A DNA stretch of 58,320 bases from Bacilli bacterium (GTDB taxonomy: Bacteria; Bacillota_I; Bacilli_A; RF39; UBA660), in NCBI GenBank assembly GCA_017522615.1, contig JAFWYR010000015.1, forward strand, positions 1-58,320, read 5' to 3'. Below are positions 1-9,674 of this stretch, one piece after another; positions within the stretch are counted from its first letter, which is position 1, and each line of letters opens with the position of its first letter. Made by a program: the position numbers and the translations under genes. The notes below the pieces were generated by a model. It did no database searches. It had not been told where the DNA came from and was given only the letters and a program-made list of their open reading frames with translations.

Positions 1-139
1 GAAATAAGAAAAAGGGATACATTTCCCCTTTAAATATTCTAAATACTTCTAAAAATATCTGTAATTTACTAAAAAATCTAAAATTACGCTTAAAAAAAGC
101 AGTATATCATTTTCGATATACCACTTTGTCAACAGTCTG
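1..139 (+). mobile_element. Right end of an IS1182-like insertion sequence (partial, window edge)
   Basis: TTTGTCAACAGTCTGAG at 125-141 is the exact reverse complement of CTCAGACTGTTGACAAA at 58181-58197. A hairpin at about 96-127 precedes it. The IR style and the adjacent palindrome fit IS1182-family ends. Confidence 0.65.
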
Positions 140-140
140 A
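3..140 (+). CDS. Probable C-terminal fragment of the transposase (partial)
   Basis: The frame is open from base 3 (NKKKGYISP...YHFRYTTLSTV*), and its TGA stop (138-140) lies inside the terminal IR. Confidence 0.4.
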   Translation, partial: NKKKGYISPLNILNTSKNICNLLKNLKLRLKKAVYHFRYTTLSTV

Positions 141-158
141 GATTACTTTTGTAATCTC
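139..158 (-). terminator. Hairpin after the 160..864 gene, at the IS junction
   Basis: GAGATTAC-TTTT-GTAATCTC, immediately after the stop codon. Confidence 0.55.
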
Positions 159-159
159 T

Positions 160-864
160 TTACTTTGTGTGTTTTAAAGTTTTGGTCTTTTTAAAATCAA
201 TGTACTTATTAATTTCCTCTTCTGTTAAATGGTCATTTATTTCTTCTTTCATTTCTTTTTTTAATTCTATTTTTTTGTCTTCCAATTCTTCTTCAGTAGG
301 TAAACTTAATAAATCTAAGTCTAAGTTTATTAAATTGATTGTTCCATCTAATCTTCTTATTACAGCATCTTTATCAATATAGTATTCAACATTAAACCAA
401 TATGTTGGATTATTTAAATTTGATAAAATTAATGCACAGTGCTGAGAAGTAATAACTGGATGCGCCATGTATGCTAAGTCAGTTGGTTCTTTTTCCCCAT
501 CGGTAAATGTCTTAATGATTTTATCCTCATCAATATGACCAACCATCTCTAATGTTGTTAAATCATTAGTAACATCTTTTTTTCTTTCGGTAATATCAAA
601 GGCATAACCTATTTTTTTAAATCCATAATTTTCTAGATATTCTAGTTTTGCTAAATATTCAAAAAGTATTTTGCGAAACTCTTTTTCTGATGTAGTTTCC
701 CTTAACGATGGACACAATTCATCGATAAAAAAGTCCATGTTGTGATATTTCTTATCTAAATTTTGCCATCTTTGATATATATTGTCTTCATTCAATAATC
801 TTTTTAGATGATCCATTAATCCCTTTTTTCCTATATTTAACTCATAGATATAATCATCGTTCAT
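160..864 (-). CDS. Hypothetical protein
   Basis: 234-aa ORF with a GGAGG RBS. A possible wHTH-like segment (KDVTNDLTTLEMVGHI) and a basic C-terminal tail are present. No family recognised. Confidence 0.75.
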   Translation of the reverse strand: MNDDYIYELNIGKKGLMDHLKRLLNEDNIYQRWQNLDKKYHNMDFFIDELCPSLRETTSEKEFRKILFEYLAKLEYLENYGFKKIGYAFDITERKKDVTNDLTTLEMVGHIDEDKIIKTFTDGEKEPTDLAYMAHPVITSQHCALILSNLNNPTYWFNVEYYIDKDAVIRRLDGTINLINLDLDLLSLPTEEELEDKKIELKKEMKEEINDHLTEEEINKYIDFKKTKTLKHTK

Positions 865-973
865 TTATAATTCCTCCAATTCTTAATTATTATAATTCTT
901 TTTTTGATTTTATTCAATGTTTGTAGACATTATTTTTACTATATGTTATTCTTATAATAGAAAGGAGTGTTGA

Positions 974-1453
974 TTGATGGTTGATTCAAGTTATCAGGCG
1001 AATGATTTAATTTCTGGATACACTGGTGATAGTGTCCAACAATCTAATGGATTTATTTTTAATATTGATTTTTCTAAATTAAATACTTGGGCTATTATAA
1101 GTCTTATATTAGCAGTTGTAATTTCTTTAGTTGTTTTCTTTTTATTTGTAAAATCAAATACTAATTTTAAAAATAAATTTGTCGCTTGGTTAAAAGAATT
1201 TTTAAATTTTAGAAGCATTTTAATTGAAAACATTTTAAAATATCTTTATCTTTTCTGTACTGTATTTATGACTTTTATTTCTTTCTCATTAATTACAGAA
1301 AACTTTTTAGGATTCTTGGTTGTTTTAGTCGGATCTAACGTGTTGATAAGAATAATCTTTGAATTTTTACTTTCTATGATAATGATTTGGAAAAATACTT
1401 CTGATATTTGTAATTATTCTAAAAATATTAAAGATAATATTGAAAAAAAATAG
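974..1453 (+). CDS. Membrane protein, DUF4282-like
   Basis: Three hydrophobic segments; FLNFRSILIENILKYLY and RIIFEFL resemble DUF4282; AAGGAG RBS. Confidence 0.6.
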   Translation: MMVDSSYQANDLISGYTGDSVQQSNGFIFNIDFSKLNTWAIISLILAVVISLVVFFLFVKSNTNFKNKFVAWLKEFLNFRSILIENILKYLYLFCTVFMTFISFSLITENFLGFLVVLVGSNVLIRIIFEFLLSMIMIWKNTSDICNYSKNIKDNIEKK

Positions 1454-1474
1454 TGCGTTTAAGCACTATTTTTT
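1445..1474. terminator. Bidirectional intrinsic terminator
   Basis: AAAAAATAGTGC-gtttaa-GCACTATTTTTT between convergent genes. Confidence 0.8.
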
Positions 1475-2942
1475 ATTGTTTTGGTTTCATTAATGGGAAT
1501 AATACTACATCTTTGATATTATCTGAATCTGTTAGTAATTGTACAACTCTATCTATTCCCATTCCCCATCCGCTGATTGGTGGCATGCCATATTCCATAG
1601 CTTCTATATAATCGTAATCCATAGACATAGCTTCTTCATCACCTTCATTTTTTAATTTAGCTTGTTCTAACAATCTTCTTTCTTGTTCTCTAGGATCGAC
1701 TAACTCTGAGTATGCATTTATAATTTCTGCTCCATCTATTACTAATTGATATCTATCTGTAATGTTTGGGTTTTTATCATTAGCTCTAGCTAAAGGTGAT
1801 AAACTGATTGGGTGCTGAATCAAGAATACTGGATTTACTAGATGTGGTCTTGCGACTTTCTTATATAATTGATCAACTAAATTTCCATAACCTAATTTTT
1901 CTATAGGTTCTGAACTATCTAAATTGATGTTTCTCTTTTCTATTTCACTTAGTAGTTTTTCTTTTGTATCAAATTCATCTATATCTATATCGGCATATTT
2001 TAATAGTAAATCTCTAAAACTTATTACTGGCCATTCTCCAGATAAATCTATTTCTTTACCATCTATGTTTATAGTTAATGTTCCAAGTAAATTTTTAATT
2101 ATTGTCTGAAGCATGTTTTGATGTAATTTCATATTATCTTTGTAATTTAAGTATGCACCGTAACCTTCGATCATAGTAAAGTCTTGAAGGTGAGTTGCAT
2201 CCATACCTTCGTTTCTAAAGCATCTAGCAATTTCAAATACTTTAGTGAATCCTCCGATGATTGTTCTTTTTAAATATGTCTCTGGAGCTATTCTCAAATA
2301 TAAATCTATGTTTTGTGCGTTGTGGTGAGTAATAAATGGTTTTGCCATTGCTCCACTTGCTTGATTGTTTAATATAGGTGTTTCTACTTCAATATAACCT
2401 AAATCATTTAAATATGTTCTTAGTTCTTTGATAAAGTTACTTCTCAAGATAAATTTCTTTTTAGATTCATCATTCATTATTAAATCTAGATATCTTTGAC
2501 GATATATAGCTTCGACATCATCTAATCCATGGAATTTTTCTGGTAGTGGTTTTAAAGCTTTTCCTAAAAATTCTATATGACTTGCCCTAATGGTTTTTTC
2601 GCCTGTATGAGTTGTGAATACTTCACCTTCAACTCCGATGAAATCACCCAAGTCATAATACTTTTTAAACTGGGCATATGTTTCTTCTCCAACACAATCT
2701 AATTTAACAGATATTTGGATTTTACCTAATATGTCACCTATAGTTATAAAACTCATCTTACCCATTTTTCTCATTAAAATAATTCTTCCAGCAACTCTAA
2801 CATCTTTTGTTCCATCTTCTAGATTTCTCGCATCTTTGATTTCTATATTTGTTTCAAATCTCTCTGGGTATGTCTTAATAACGCCACTCATCTCTTCTAG
2901 CTTATTTCTTCTTACTTGTTCTTGTTCAGTAAATTTTCTCAT
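1473..2942 (-). CDS. lysS: Lysine--tRNA ligase (class II)
   Basis: OB-fold (RKMGK), YRQRYLDL, EVETP, LRIAPE, FRNEG and YGMPP..GWGMGIDR motifs. Start placed at ATG 2942, downstream of AGGAGG. Confidence 0.97.
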   Translation of the reverse strand: MRKFTEQEQVRRNKLEEMSGVIKTYPERFETNIEIKDARNLEDGTKDVRVAGRIILMRKMGKMSFITIGDILGKIQISVKLDCVGEETYAQFKKYYDLGDFIGVEGEVFTTHTGEKTIRASHIEFLGKALKPLPEKFHGLDDVEAIYRQRYLDLIMNDESKKKFILRSNFIKELRTYLNDLGYIEVETPILNNQASGAMAKPFITHHNAQNIDLYLRIAPETYLKRTIIGGFTKVFEIARCFRNEGMDATHLQDFTMIEGYGAYLNYKDNMKLHQNMLQTIIKNLLGTLTINIDGKEIDLSGEWPVISFRDLLLKYADIDIDEFDTKEKLLSEIEKRNINLDSSEPIEKLGYGNLVDQLYKKVARPHLVNPVFLIQHPISLSPLARANDKNPNITDRYQLVIDGAEIINAYSELVDPREQERRLLEQAKLKNEGDEEAMSMDYDYIEAMEYGMPPISGWGMGIDRVVQLLTDSDNIKDVVLFPLMKPKQ

Positions 2943-3159
2943 TTTAATTCCTCCTACTAATAAAGGTAAATCCCCCATAAAGCATATGTCAATTTTAACA
3001 CAAAAGCCTTTATTTTACAATGCTTTTATATAAATTTAAATTTTTCCTATAAATATGTTATTAGAAATTAACATGAAAATCAAGCACTATAGGTTTGTCT
3101 TTTTTTATCTATTTGTATATAATATAATTAGAATGAACAATTGGAAAGGTTGAAATGTC

Positions 3160-3296
3160 ATTTAAGCGCCTGGTCCTATAGGATGACGAGGATGATAGTT
3201 ATCGAAATATTCGGCGGGTACTATCACGGATTATAAGTGGTTCGTTAGATATATATCAAAAAATAAAATCAACATTATAACAAATTATATATCTTC
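3160..3296 (+). ncRNA. glmS ribozyme (GlcN6P-activated)
   Basis: Core AGCGCCTGG...GACGAGG...GTTATCGAA..TTCGGCGG, then an AGATATATA/TATATATCT stem, directly upstream of glmS. Ends are approximate. Confidence 0.92.
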
Positions 3297-3323
3297 ACTA
3301 TTTTTTATAGTGGAGGTTTTTTA

Positions 3324-5072
3324 ATGTGTGGAATTATCGGATATGCTGGTAAGCATAATCCAAAGGATATTTTACTTGGAGGTCTTAAAGCTTTAGAGTA
3401 TAGAGGATATGATTCTTCTGGAATTTGTTTAAAGAATGAAAAGGATATACAGATAATAAAATCTATAGGTAAGATTAAAAATCTTGAAGAAAAAATAAAT
3501 AAAACTGATTTAATCGATTCGTATGTAGGTATCGGCCATACTAGGTGGGCGACACACGGGGAAGCTAACGAAACTAATGCTCATCCTCATAGATGTGGTA
3601 AGGTAACTTTGGTACATAACGGTATTATTGAAAATGCTGCTTTATTAAAAGAAAAATTAGTTAAAAAAGGTATTAAATTTAAAAGTGAAACCGATACAGA
3701 AGTTGGGTGCGCTTTGATAAATTATTACTATGATGGAGATGAAGTTAAAGCTATTAATGAAGCTTGCTCGGAAATGGAAGGATCTTATGCCTTTGGTATT
3801 TTATTTGATGATAGTAATAAGTTATATGCAGTTAGAAAAGGCTCTCCTTTAATAGTCGGTGTTGGTGTAAAAGAAAATTATATTGCTTCAGATATTAATG
3901 CGATTATCAATTATACTAATAAATATATCTTACTCGAAGAAGGTATGATTGCTGTTATAGATAAAGATAGTATTAAAATAATGAAAGGTAATAAAGAGTA
4001 TAATTATAAAGTTTTAACAGCCGATATAAGTGCGGAAAGCCGTGATAAGCAAGGTTATGATCATTATATGCTTAAGGAAATTATGGAAGAGCCTATTTTA
4101 CTTGGTAAGACACTTAAACCATATATTGATGATTTATCTTTAATACCTGATTTAAGTGATTACGAAGAAGTTCATATTGTCGCATGTGGTTCAGCTATGT
4201 ATGCGGGATTAATCGGTAAGAGTTTACTTGAAGAGAAAGCTGGAGTTAGAGTTTTATGTGATGTGGCTAGTGAATATCGATATAAGAAAATTATATACGA
4301 TAGAAAAACACTTGTGATTTTAGTTTCACAATCTGGAGAGACAGCTGATACTATTGCGGCTATGAAAAAAGCTAAAGAAAATGGAATTGATACTTTAGCT
4401 ATAGTAAATGTTAAAACTTCAACAATTGCGAGAGAAACAGATAGACAAATATTTATCGAGGCTGGGCCTGAAATTGCAGTTGCGACTACTAAAGCTTATC
4501 TATTACAAGTTTCTATATTTAGTTTGCTTGCTATTAAAGCAGCTAATGATTTAGACTGTTTAAAAGAGGTAGATAAGTTACCTGGCTTAGTTAAAAGCGT
4601 ACTCGATAATAGGGAAAATTATAGAAAAATCGCTGAAAAGATATATAAAGAAAACGACATTTTCTTCATTGGTAGAAAAATTGATTATGCTATTTGTATG
4701 GAAGGAAGTCTTAAATTAAAAGAGGTTTCTTATATACATAGTGAAGCATATCAAGCTGGTGAATTAAAACATGGAACTATTTCTTTGATAGATAAAGGAA
4801 TTCCTGTGTTTGGAATTATTACAGATGATGATATAAAAGATAAAACTATTTCTAATATCGAGGAAGTTAAATCTAGAGGAGCTAATATATTTATAGTTAG
4901 TAATAATAAGATTTCAGAATACGAATGTATAGTCGTTCCTAAAGTAAGTGATTATTTTCAACCTTTATTAATCGTTCCATCTCTTCAATTAATTGCCTAT
5001 GAGACAGCAAAATTAAGAGGCTGCGATATAGATAAACCTAAAAATTTAGCTAAAAGTGTCACTGTTGAATAA
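3324..5072 (+). CDS. glmS: Glutamine--fructose-6-phosphate aminotransferase
   Basis: MCGIIG, EYRGYDS, GHTRWATHG, SQSGETADT and C-terminal PKNLAKSVTVE. Confidence 0.98.
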   Translation: MCGIIGYAGKHNPKDILLGGLKALEYRGYDSSGICLKNEKDIQIIKSIGKIKNLEEKINKTDLIDSYVGIGHTRWATHGEANETNAHPHRCGKVTLVHNGIIENAALLKEKLVKKGIKFKSETDTEVGCALINYYYDGDEVKAINEACSEMEGSYAFGILFDDSNKLYAVRKGSPLIVGVGVKENYIASDINAIINYTNKYILLEEGMIAVIDKDSIKIMKGNKEYNYKVLTADISAESRDKQGYDHYMLKEIMEEPILLGKTLKPYIDDLSLIPDLSDYEEVHIVACGSAMYAGLIGKSLLEEKAGVRVLCDVASEYRYKKIIYDRKTLVILVSQSGETADTIAAMKKAKENGIDTLAIVNVKTSTIARETDRQIFIEAGPEIAVATTKAYLLQVSIFSLLAIKAANDLDCLKEVDKLPGLVKSVLDNRENYRKIAEKIYKENDIFFIGRKIDYAICMEGSLKLKEVSYIHSEAYQAGELKHGTISLIDKGIPVFGIITDDDIKDKTISNIEEVKSRGANIFIVSNNKISEYECIVVPKVSDYFQPLLIVPSLQLIAYETAKLRGCDIDKPKNLAKSVTVE

Positions 5073-5084
5073 AACTTTTTTATG

Positions 5085-5113
5085 AAAAAAACAAGATATA
5101 CTCTTGTTTTTTT
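5085..5113. terminator. Bidirectional intrinsic terminator
   Basis: AAAAAAACAAGA-tatac-TCTTGTTTTTTT. Confidence 0.75.
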
Positions 5114-5635
5114 AGTTATTATCTACTATTAAAATATCTTTTTTATTTATAATATTAATTATTTCGTCTTATACTCAATTCTTGTTGTAAGTAATTCATT
5201 GTTCATATTTTTTGGCATAAATGAAATGGTGTATTTACCGATTATAATACATTTTAAATCTTCAAAATTTAATACATGTTTTTTATTGTTTTCCACAATA
5301 ATTTTGTCTTCGGTAATTTCAAATATTGTCTTTGTAAAACTCTTTATTAAATTATCAATTCTTTTATTTATAAGTATTATATAAAGAATACTTATTATAA
5401 CTAATACTAAGAAAAATATAGCTATTCCTAATTGTAATATATTTTTGGATATAAAGTACCATACTGCAAATGATAATAATAATATTAATGATATACCTAA
5501 ATAACTATAAGCTGAGTTATATAATTTTCTTATTTTGGTATTTGGATTATTGTATAGTTTCTTTTTATTGATTGCTAAAAATAAGAATTCATCGTAGAAA
5601 TTTTTATTTCCAGCAGTTTCTATCTCTTTTTTTAT
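5112..5635 (-). pseudogene. Two-TM membrane protein gene missed by the ORF track; probably degraded
   Basis: AAGGAGG RBS, then ATA at 5635 opening a 158-codon frame (IKKEIETAGNKNFYDEFLF...) to TAA at 5159. The adjacent frame continues DEIINIINKKDILIVDNN* to 5112, next to the terminator. Confidence 0.6.
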
Positions 5636-5707
5636 ATTTGTTCCTCCTTAAGATTAATATATCACAAGTATAATTGTTCATCAACATTTTTTAAATAAGT
5701 GTGATTT

Positions 5708-5734
5708 AAAAAAAGTCCTATAATTAGGACTTTT
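5708..5734 (-). terminator. Terminator of tRNA-His
   Basis: AAAAGTCCTA-taat-TAGGACTTTT, with a T-run on the minus strand. Confidence 0.75.
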
Positions 5735-5744
5735 GTTTATTAAA

Positions 5745-5821
5745 TGGGGCGGAATATCGGGATCGAACCGATGCATAACGGAACCACAATCCGCCGTGTT
5801 AACCACTTCACCAATTCCGCC
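5745..5821 (-). tRNA. tRNA-His (GTG)
   Basis: Minus strand reads GGCGGAATTGGTGAAGTGGTTAACACGGCGGATTGTGGTTCCG...GGTTCGATCCC...CCGCCCCA: cloverleaf, GTG anticodon, G-1, encoded CCA. Confidence 0.97.
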
Positions 5822-5876
5822 ATTTCAAAGACATATATATTTTACCAATAAATATGTCTTTTGGCAAGTATTATTT

Positions 5877-8800
5877 TTATTTTTCTCTGTTGTCCATTGA
5901 AAGTAACATTTTGATATCTTTCTCCGTAAGTTTAGAAAATTCATTCTGATTATTATCTCCTTCGATTAATAATTCAGCAAGCTTTCTCTTTTTATTTTGA
6001 AGTTCTAGGATTCTCTCTTCGATTGTTCCTTTACTGATGATTCTAATTACTTCGACGGTATTTTTCTGTCCTATTCTATGAGCTCTATCGGTTGCTTGAT
6101 TTTCAACTTGAGGATTCCACCATAAATCTAAATGTATTACTACAGTAGCTGAGGTTAGGTTAAGTCCAGTACCTCCAGCTTTTAGGGTTATCATAAATAC
6201 GTCTGTATCATCTTTGTTGAAATTTTCAACTAATTCCATACGTTTTTTTGCTGATACATCTCCTGAAATATAGTATGAAGATATTCCTAGGTTATTTAAC
6301 TTTGGTATTATTTTATCTAGAGCTTTTTTATAACTTGAGAAAAGAAGTATTTTATGGCCATTTTCTTTAGCTTCTCCTATTATCTTTAGAAGTTCTTCTA
6401 TTTTTGAACTTTCACCTTTATAGTTTTCAAATACTAATGATGGATCAATACATATTTGCCTTAGTCTAGTAAGTAGCTGTAAAATTTTAAATCTTGCTCC
6501 TTCAAATCCTTCAGCTTTAATCATGTCATCCATTTCTTCCTGAGTTTTTTGAACTTCAGCTGCATATATTTCTTTTTGTTTTTTGTTTAAGTCAATATAT
6601 ATATTATTATCTATTTTATCTGGAAGATCATTTACAACATCCTTTTTCTTTCTTCTTAGAATAAAATATTTTATCTGTTTGTTTAATCTTTCTAATGGTT
6701 TGATACTTTCTTCTTTCATATCTTTAACATTATATAGAGAGCCAAATTTCTTTTGACTAGCTAAGTATCCTGGCATAATAAAGTCAAATATACTCCAAAG
6801 TTCCATGACATTGTTTTCTAAAGGTGTTCCTGTTAAGGCTATTTTAGTATTCGAATTTATTTTTTTAACTGATTTAGTTATTCCGGCTTGTGGATTTTTT
6901 ATGTTTTGGGCTTCATCTATTGCGATGAGTTCAAAATGCATTTTTTCATACTGCTCTACATCATTTCTAACAAGTCCATAAGATGTTATAAAGATATTTG
7001 TTTTCTTATCTTTTTCAAGATTATTTATTCTTTGATTTTTATTTTCAGCAAATACTTTATAATTTAATTCTTTAGCAAATTTATCGAATTCTTTTTCCCA
7101 GTTATATATTAAAGATGTCGGTGAAACTATTAATATTTTTGCTTTAGGATTTTCTTTAATTATTAGTTTTATTAAATAAATTAACTGAATTGATTTACCT
7201 AATCCCATTTCGTCAGCTAGTATTCCACCAAAACCAGTTTTATAGATGTTATATAACCATTTAACTCCAGTTTTTTGATAATCTCTAAGTATTTTTATTT
7301 TCTTTGATTCTAAGGTTATGTCCTTATCTTTGTATTCATGGAAGTTTTTTATTAGTTCATCAAATTCATTATTAGTACTAATTATACCATTATATCCACT
7401 TCTTAAACTATCTAAATATATTGCTCGATATTTAGGTATTGTACCTTCTCCTTCATCTATTTCTTTATTGGATAGTCCTAATTCTTCTGTTAATTCATTA
7501 AGCTGTCTTATAGTTGGATCTTTTTCTAAATTTAAGATGTCACCATTTTTTAGTTTATGATATTTTTTTCTGTTTCTTAGGGCTGTTAGAATATCTAATA
7601 GTTCATTTTTCTTTATTCCATCTAGATTGAAGTTATATGATAATATATTATCCTTTCCGATTGAAAAAGATAGTGAATTATTTGATTTTTTGATTATATT
7701 TGTGTTTTTAATTTTTTCAGATGTGAAGACTTCGTAGTTTTCACTTAATTTAAAGATTCCCTCTTCTAGGAAATATCCGATACTATCGACATCAGTTAAC
7801 AAAAGCTCGTTTTCGTATATTTGGAAGTCTAATTCTCGTAAATTTTCTATTATGTTACTTTCATATATTGTATCTCTTACTATTCCTTCTGGGCTGTCAA
7901 AGTAGTCTATTTCCTCTTTTCCATACTTTAATTTTACTTTACACTCTATATCATTGTATCTAAAATCAAAATATAACTTCGCATTTGGAGCTTTAGTTAT
8001 TATTATTTCCGGAACAGCTTCTATTTTTACTTCTTCTTTTATAAAAGGAAGTATTCCGCTGACAAATTTGCTTAAATTATCTTTTTTAAATACTATTTTG
8101 TCTAGTTCGTTTTTATAAAGTAAATAATATAGTTTTGTAATATCATTTGAAAGTTTGTATAGTTTATCATCATTATATACATATCTCGAATCATCGATTA
8201 GTGGTTTGAATTCTTTGATGTTATCTATTTTTAATATATATATATCGTCTTTTTTAGATAAGTTAAATTCAAATGGATTTTCTTCATAAAAACTGTAATA
8301 CTGTCTACTTCTTATATAGAAGTATTTTTCTTTTAATAATTTGATAAATGCGTCGATGTTATTTTTAAATATCATGTCTCCTTGATTATCTGATGACCCA
8401 CCAAATTCATCAGTAAAGTCTATTATTTTTTTATCGCTTTTTTCAAAATATTGGGTGTTTGGATCATAGATAAATTTTGGGGTTAATCTATATTCATCGT
8501 TGTTTTTATAACTGTATTTAAAACCATTATATTTACCTTTTAGGGTATATAGTTTATCTAGACCTATTTTATATTTTATGGTTAAGTAATCACCATGATA
8601 GTAATCATAGCTATCTTCTATTGTTATTTCTAGATTAAGTTTCTTTTTTATTACGTTAGTTTTAGGAATATAGAATCTATCTATTATCTGAGAACTAACA
8701 TTTAATTCATATGTGATATCGTTATAGTCTTCATCTTTATATAATTCTTCTTCATATTTTAAAGCTGATGCGGCAATGTGTTTACAAGAATAATAATTTC

Positions 8801-9035
8801 TAAACTGCGGACAGTCACATTCATAGTCATCTATTGTTTCATTTTCTATATTGGTGTTTATCCATACATTATAGTATTTTTCGGTTCTTTCAGATTTAAC
8901 TTTAAAGTATAGATCTTTTTCGTTTCCTCTGACTTCTGTTTTCAGTAATCTTATATAACTAGAGTTATAATTTAATCCTCTTATAAATGATGAAGGTCCT
9001 AATTCTTCAGTAATATAATTATATATTTTTTGCAC
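5877..9035 (-). CDS. SWIM zinc finger / SNF2-family helicase
   Basis: N-terminal CDC...CKH (SWIM); LADEMGLGKS, DEAQNIKN, TGTPLEN and QATDRAHRIGQ. Confidence 0.93.
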   Translation of the reverse strand: MQKIYNYITEELGPSSFIRGLNYNSSYIRLLKTEVRGNEKDLYFKVKSERTEKYYNVWINTNIENETIDDYECDCPQFRNYYSCKHIAASALKYEEELYKDEDYNDITYELNVSSQIIDRFYIPKTNVIKKKLNLEITIEDSYDYYHGDYLTIKYKIGLDKLYTLKGKYNGFKYSYKNNDEYRLTPKFIYDPNTQYFEKSDKKIIDFTDEFGGSSDNQGDMIFKNNIDAFIKLLKEKYFYIRSRQYYSFYEENPFEFNLSKKDDIYILKIDNIKEFKPLIDDSRYVYNDDKLYKLSNDITKLYYLLYKNELDKIVFKKDNLSKFVSGILPFIKEEVKIEAVPEIIITKAPNAKLYFDFRYNDIECKVKLKYGKEEIDYFDSPEGIVRDTIYESNIIENLRELDFQIYENELLLTDVDSIGYFLEEGIFKLSENYEVFTSEKIKNTNIIKKSNNSLSFSIGKDNILSYNFNLDGIKKNELLDILTALRNRKKYHKLKNGDILNLEKDPTIRQLNELTEELGLSNKEIDEGEGTIPKYRAIYLDSLRSGYNGIISTNNEFDELIKNFHEYKDKDITLESKKIKILRDYQKTGVKWLYNIYKTGFGGILADEMGLGKSIQLIYLIKLIIKENPKAKILIVSPTSLIYNWEKEFDKFAKELNYKVFAENKNQRINNLEKDKKTNIFITSYGLVRNDVEQYEKMHFELIAIDEAQNIKNPQAGITKSVKKINSNTKIALTGTPLENNVMELWSIFDFIMPGYLASQKKFGSLYNVKDMKEESIKPLERLNKQIKYFILRRKKKDVVNDLPDKIDNNIYIDLNKKQKEIYAAEVQKTQEEMDDMIKAEGFEGARFKILQLLTRLRQICIDPSLVFENYKGESSKIEELLKIIGEAKENGHKILLFSSYKKALDKIIPKLNNLGISSYYISGDVSAKKRMELVENFNKDDTDVFMITLKAGGTGLNLTSATVVIHLDLWWNPQVENQATDRAHRIGQKNTVEVIRIISKGTIEERILELQNKKRKLAELLIEGDNNQNEFSKLTEKDIKMLLSMDNREK

Positions 9036-9101
9036 TTCGATATCACCTCTTTAGATATGTTACTATTAAAAATTAGTTTTGACAAGTATTAGGCGTGGAC
9101 C

Positions 9102-9131
9102 TATACATTATAATTTATACTTCATAGGATA
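9102..9131 (+). promoter_or_regulatory. Candidate mother-cell (sigmaE/sigmaK-type) promoter of cotJ
   Basis: CATAggaTA -10 at 9123-9131, with ATA/AC elements 16-17 bp upstream. Confidence 0.4.
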
Positions 9132-9150
9132 ATGTGTAGGAGGTTTATAG

Positions 9151-9660
9151 ATGAATAACTATTTTAATAATATGAATATGTATAATCCTGAAATGATGAA
9201 TAATATAGACTATTCAAATAATGCTGTGGATAAAAAGTTAAGTGATAAGCTTAAAAAACAAGCTGGTGATAATATGACTTTTAATATGTGTGGTTATAGT
9301 GGAAATACATCACCAGATAAATTATTCGATATATATAATGGGTTTATTAGAGGTAATATGTTTCCCGAATTATATAATCAATATAAAATATCTAGACCGT
9401 TTGATGTTAAACCTATGAATGAGCAAGCAGAGTTATTAACTAAAGTGGATGCATACTGTTTTGCAGCTCACGATTTAAACTTATATTTAGATACTCATCC
9501 AACTGATAGAGAGATGATTAAATTATTTAAGGAATTATCCGATGATTCTATTAGAGCTAGCAGGGAATATGAGAGTAAGTTTGGTCCGCTTTTTGTAGAT
9601 TCTAGTTCATCTTACCCTTGGGCGTGGAATGAATCACCTTGGCCTTGGGAAAATTATTAG
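9151..9660 (+). CDS. cotJB: Spore coat protein CotJB with a CotJA-like N-terminal part
   Basis: FAAHDLNLYLDTHPTD, YESKFGPL and WAWNESPWPWE (CotJB); GFIRGNMFPELYNQY (CotJA-like). Confidence 0.85.
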   Translation: MNNYFNNMNMYNPEMMNNIDYSNNAVDKKLSDKLKKQAGDNMTFNMCGYSGNTSPDKLFDIYNGFIRGNMFPELYNQYKISRPFDVKPMNEQAELLTKVDAYCFAAHDLNLYLDTHPTDREMIKLFKELSDDSIRASREYESKFGPLFVDSSSSYPWAWNESPWPWENY

Positions 9661-9674
9661 GGGGGTTATTTGAT

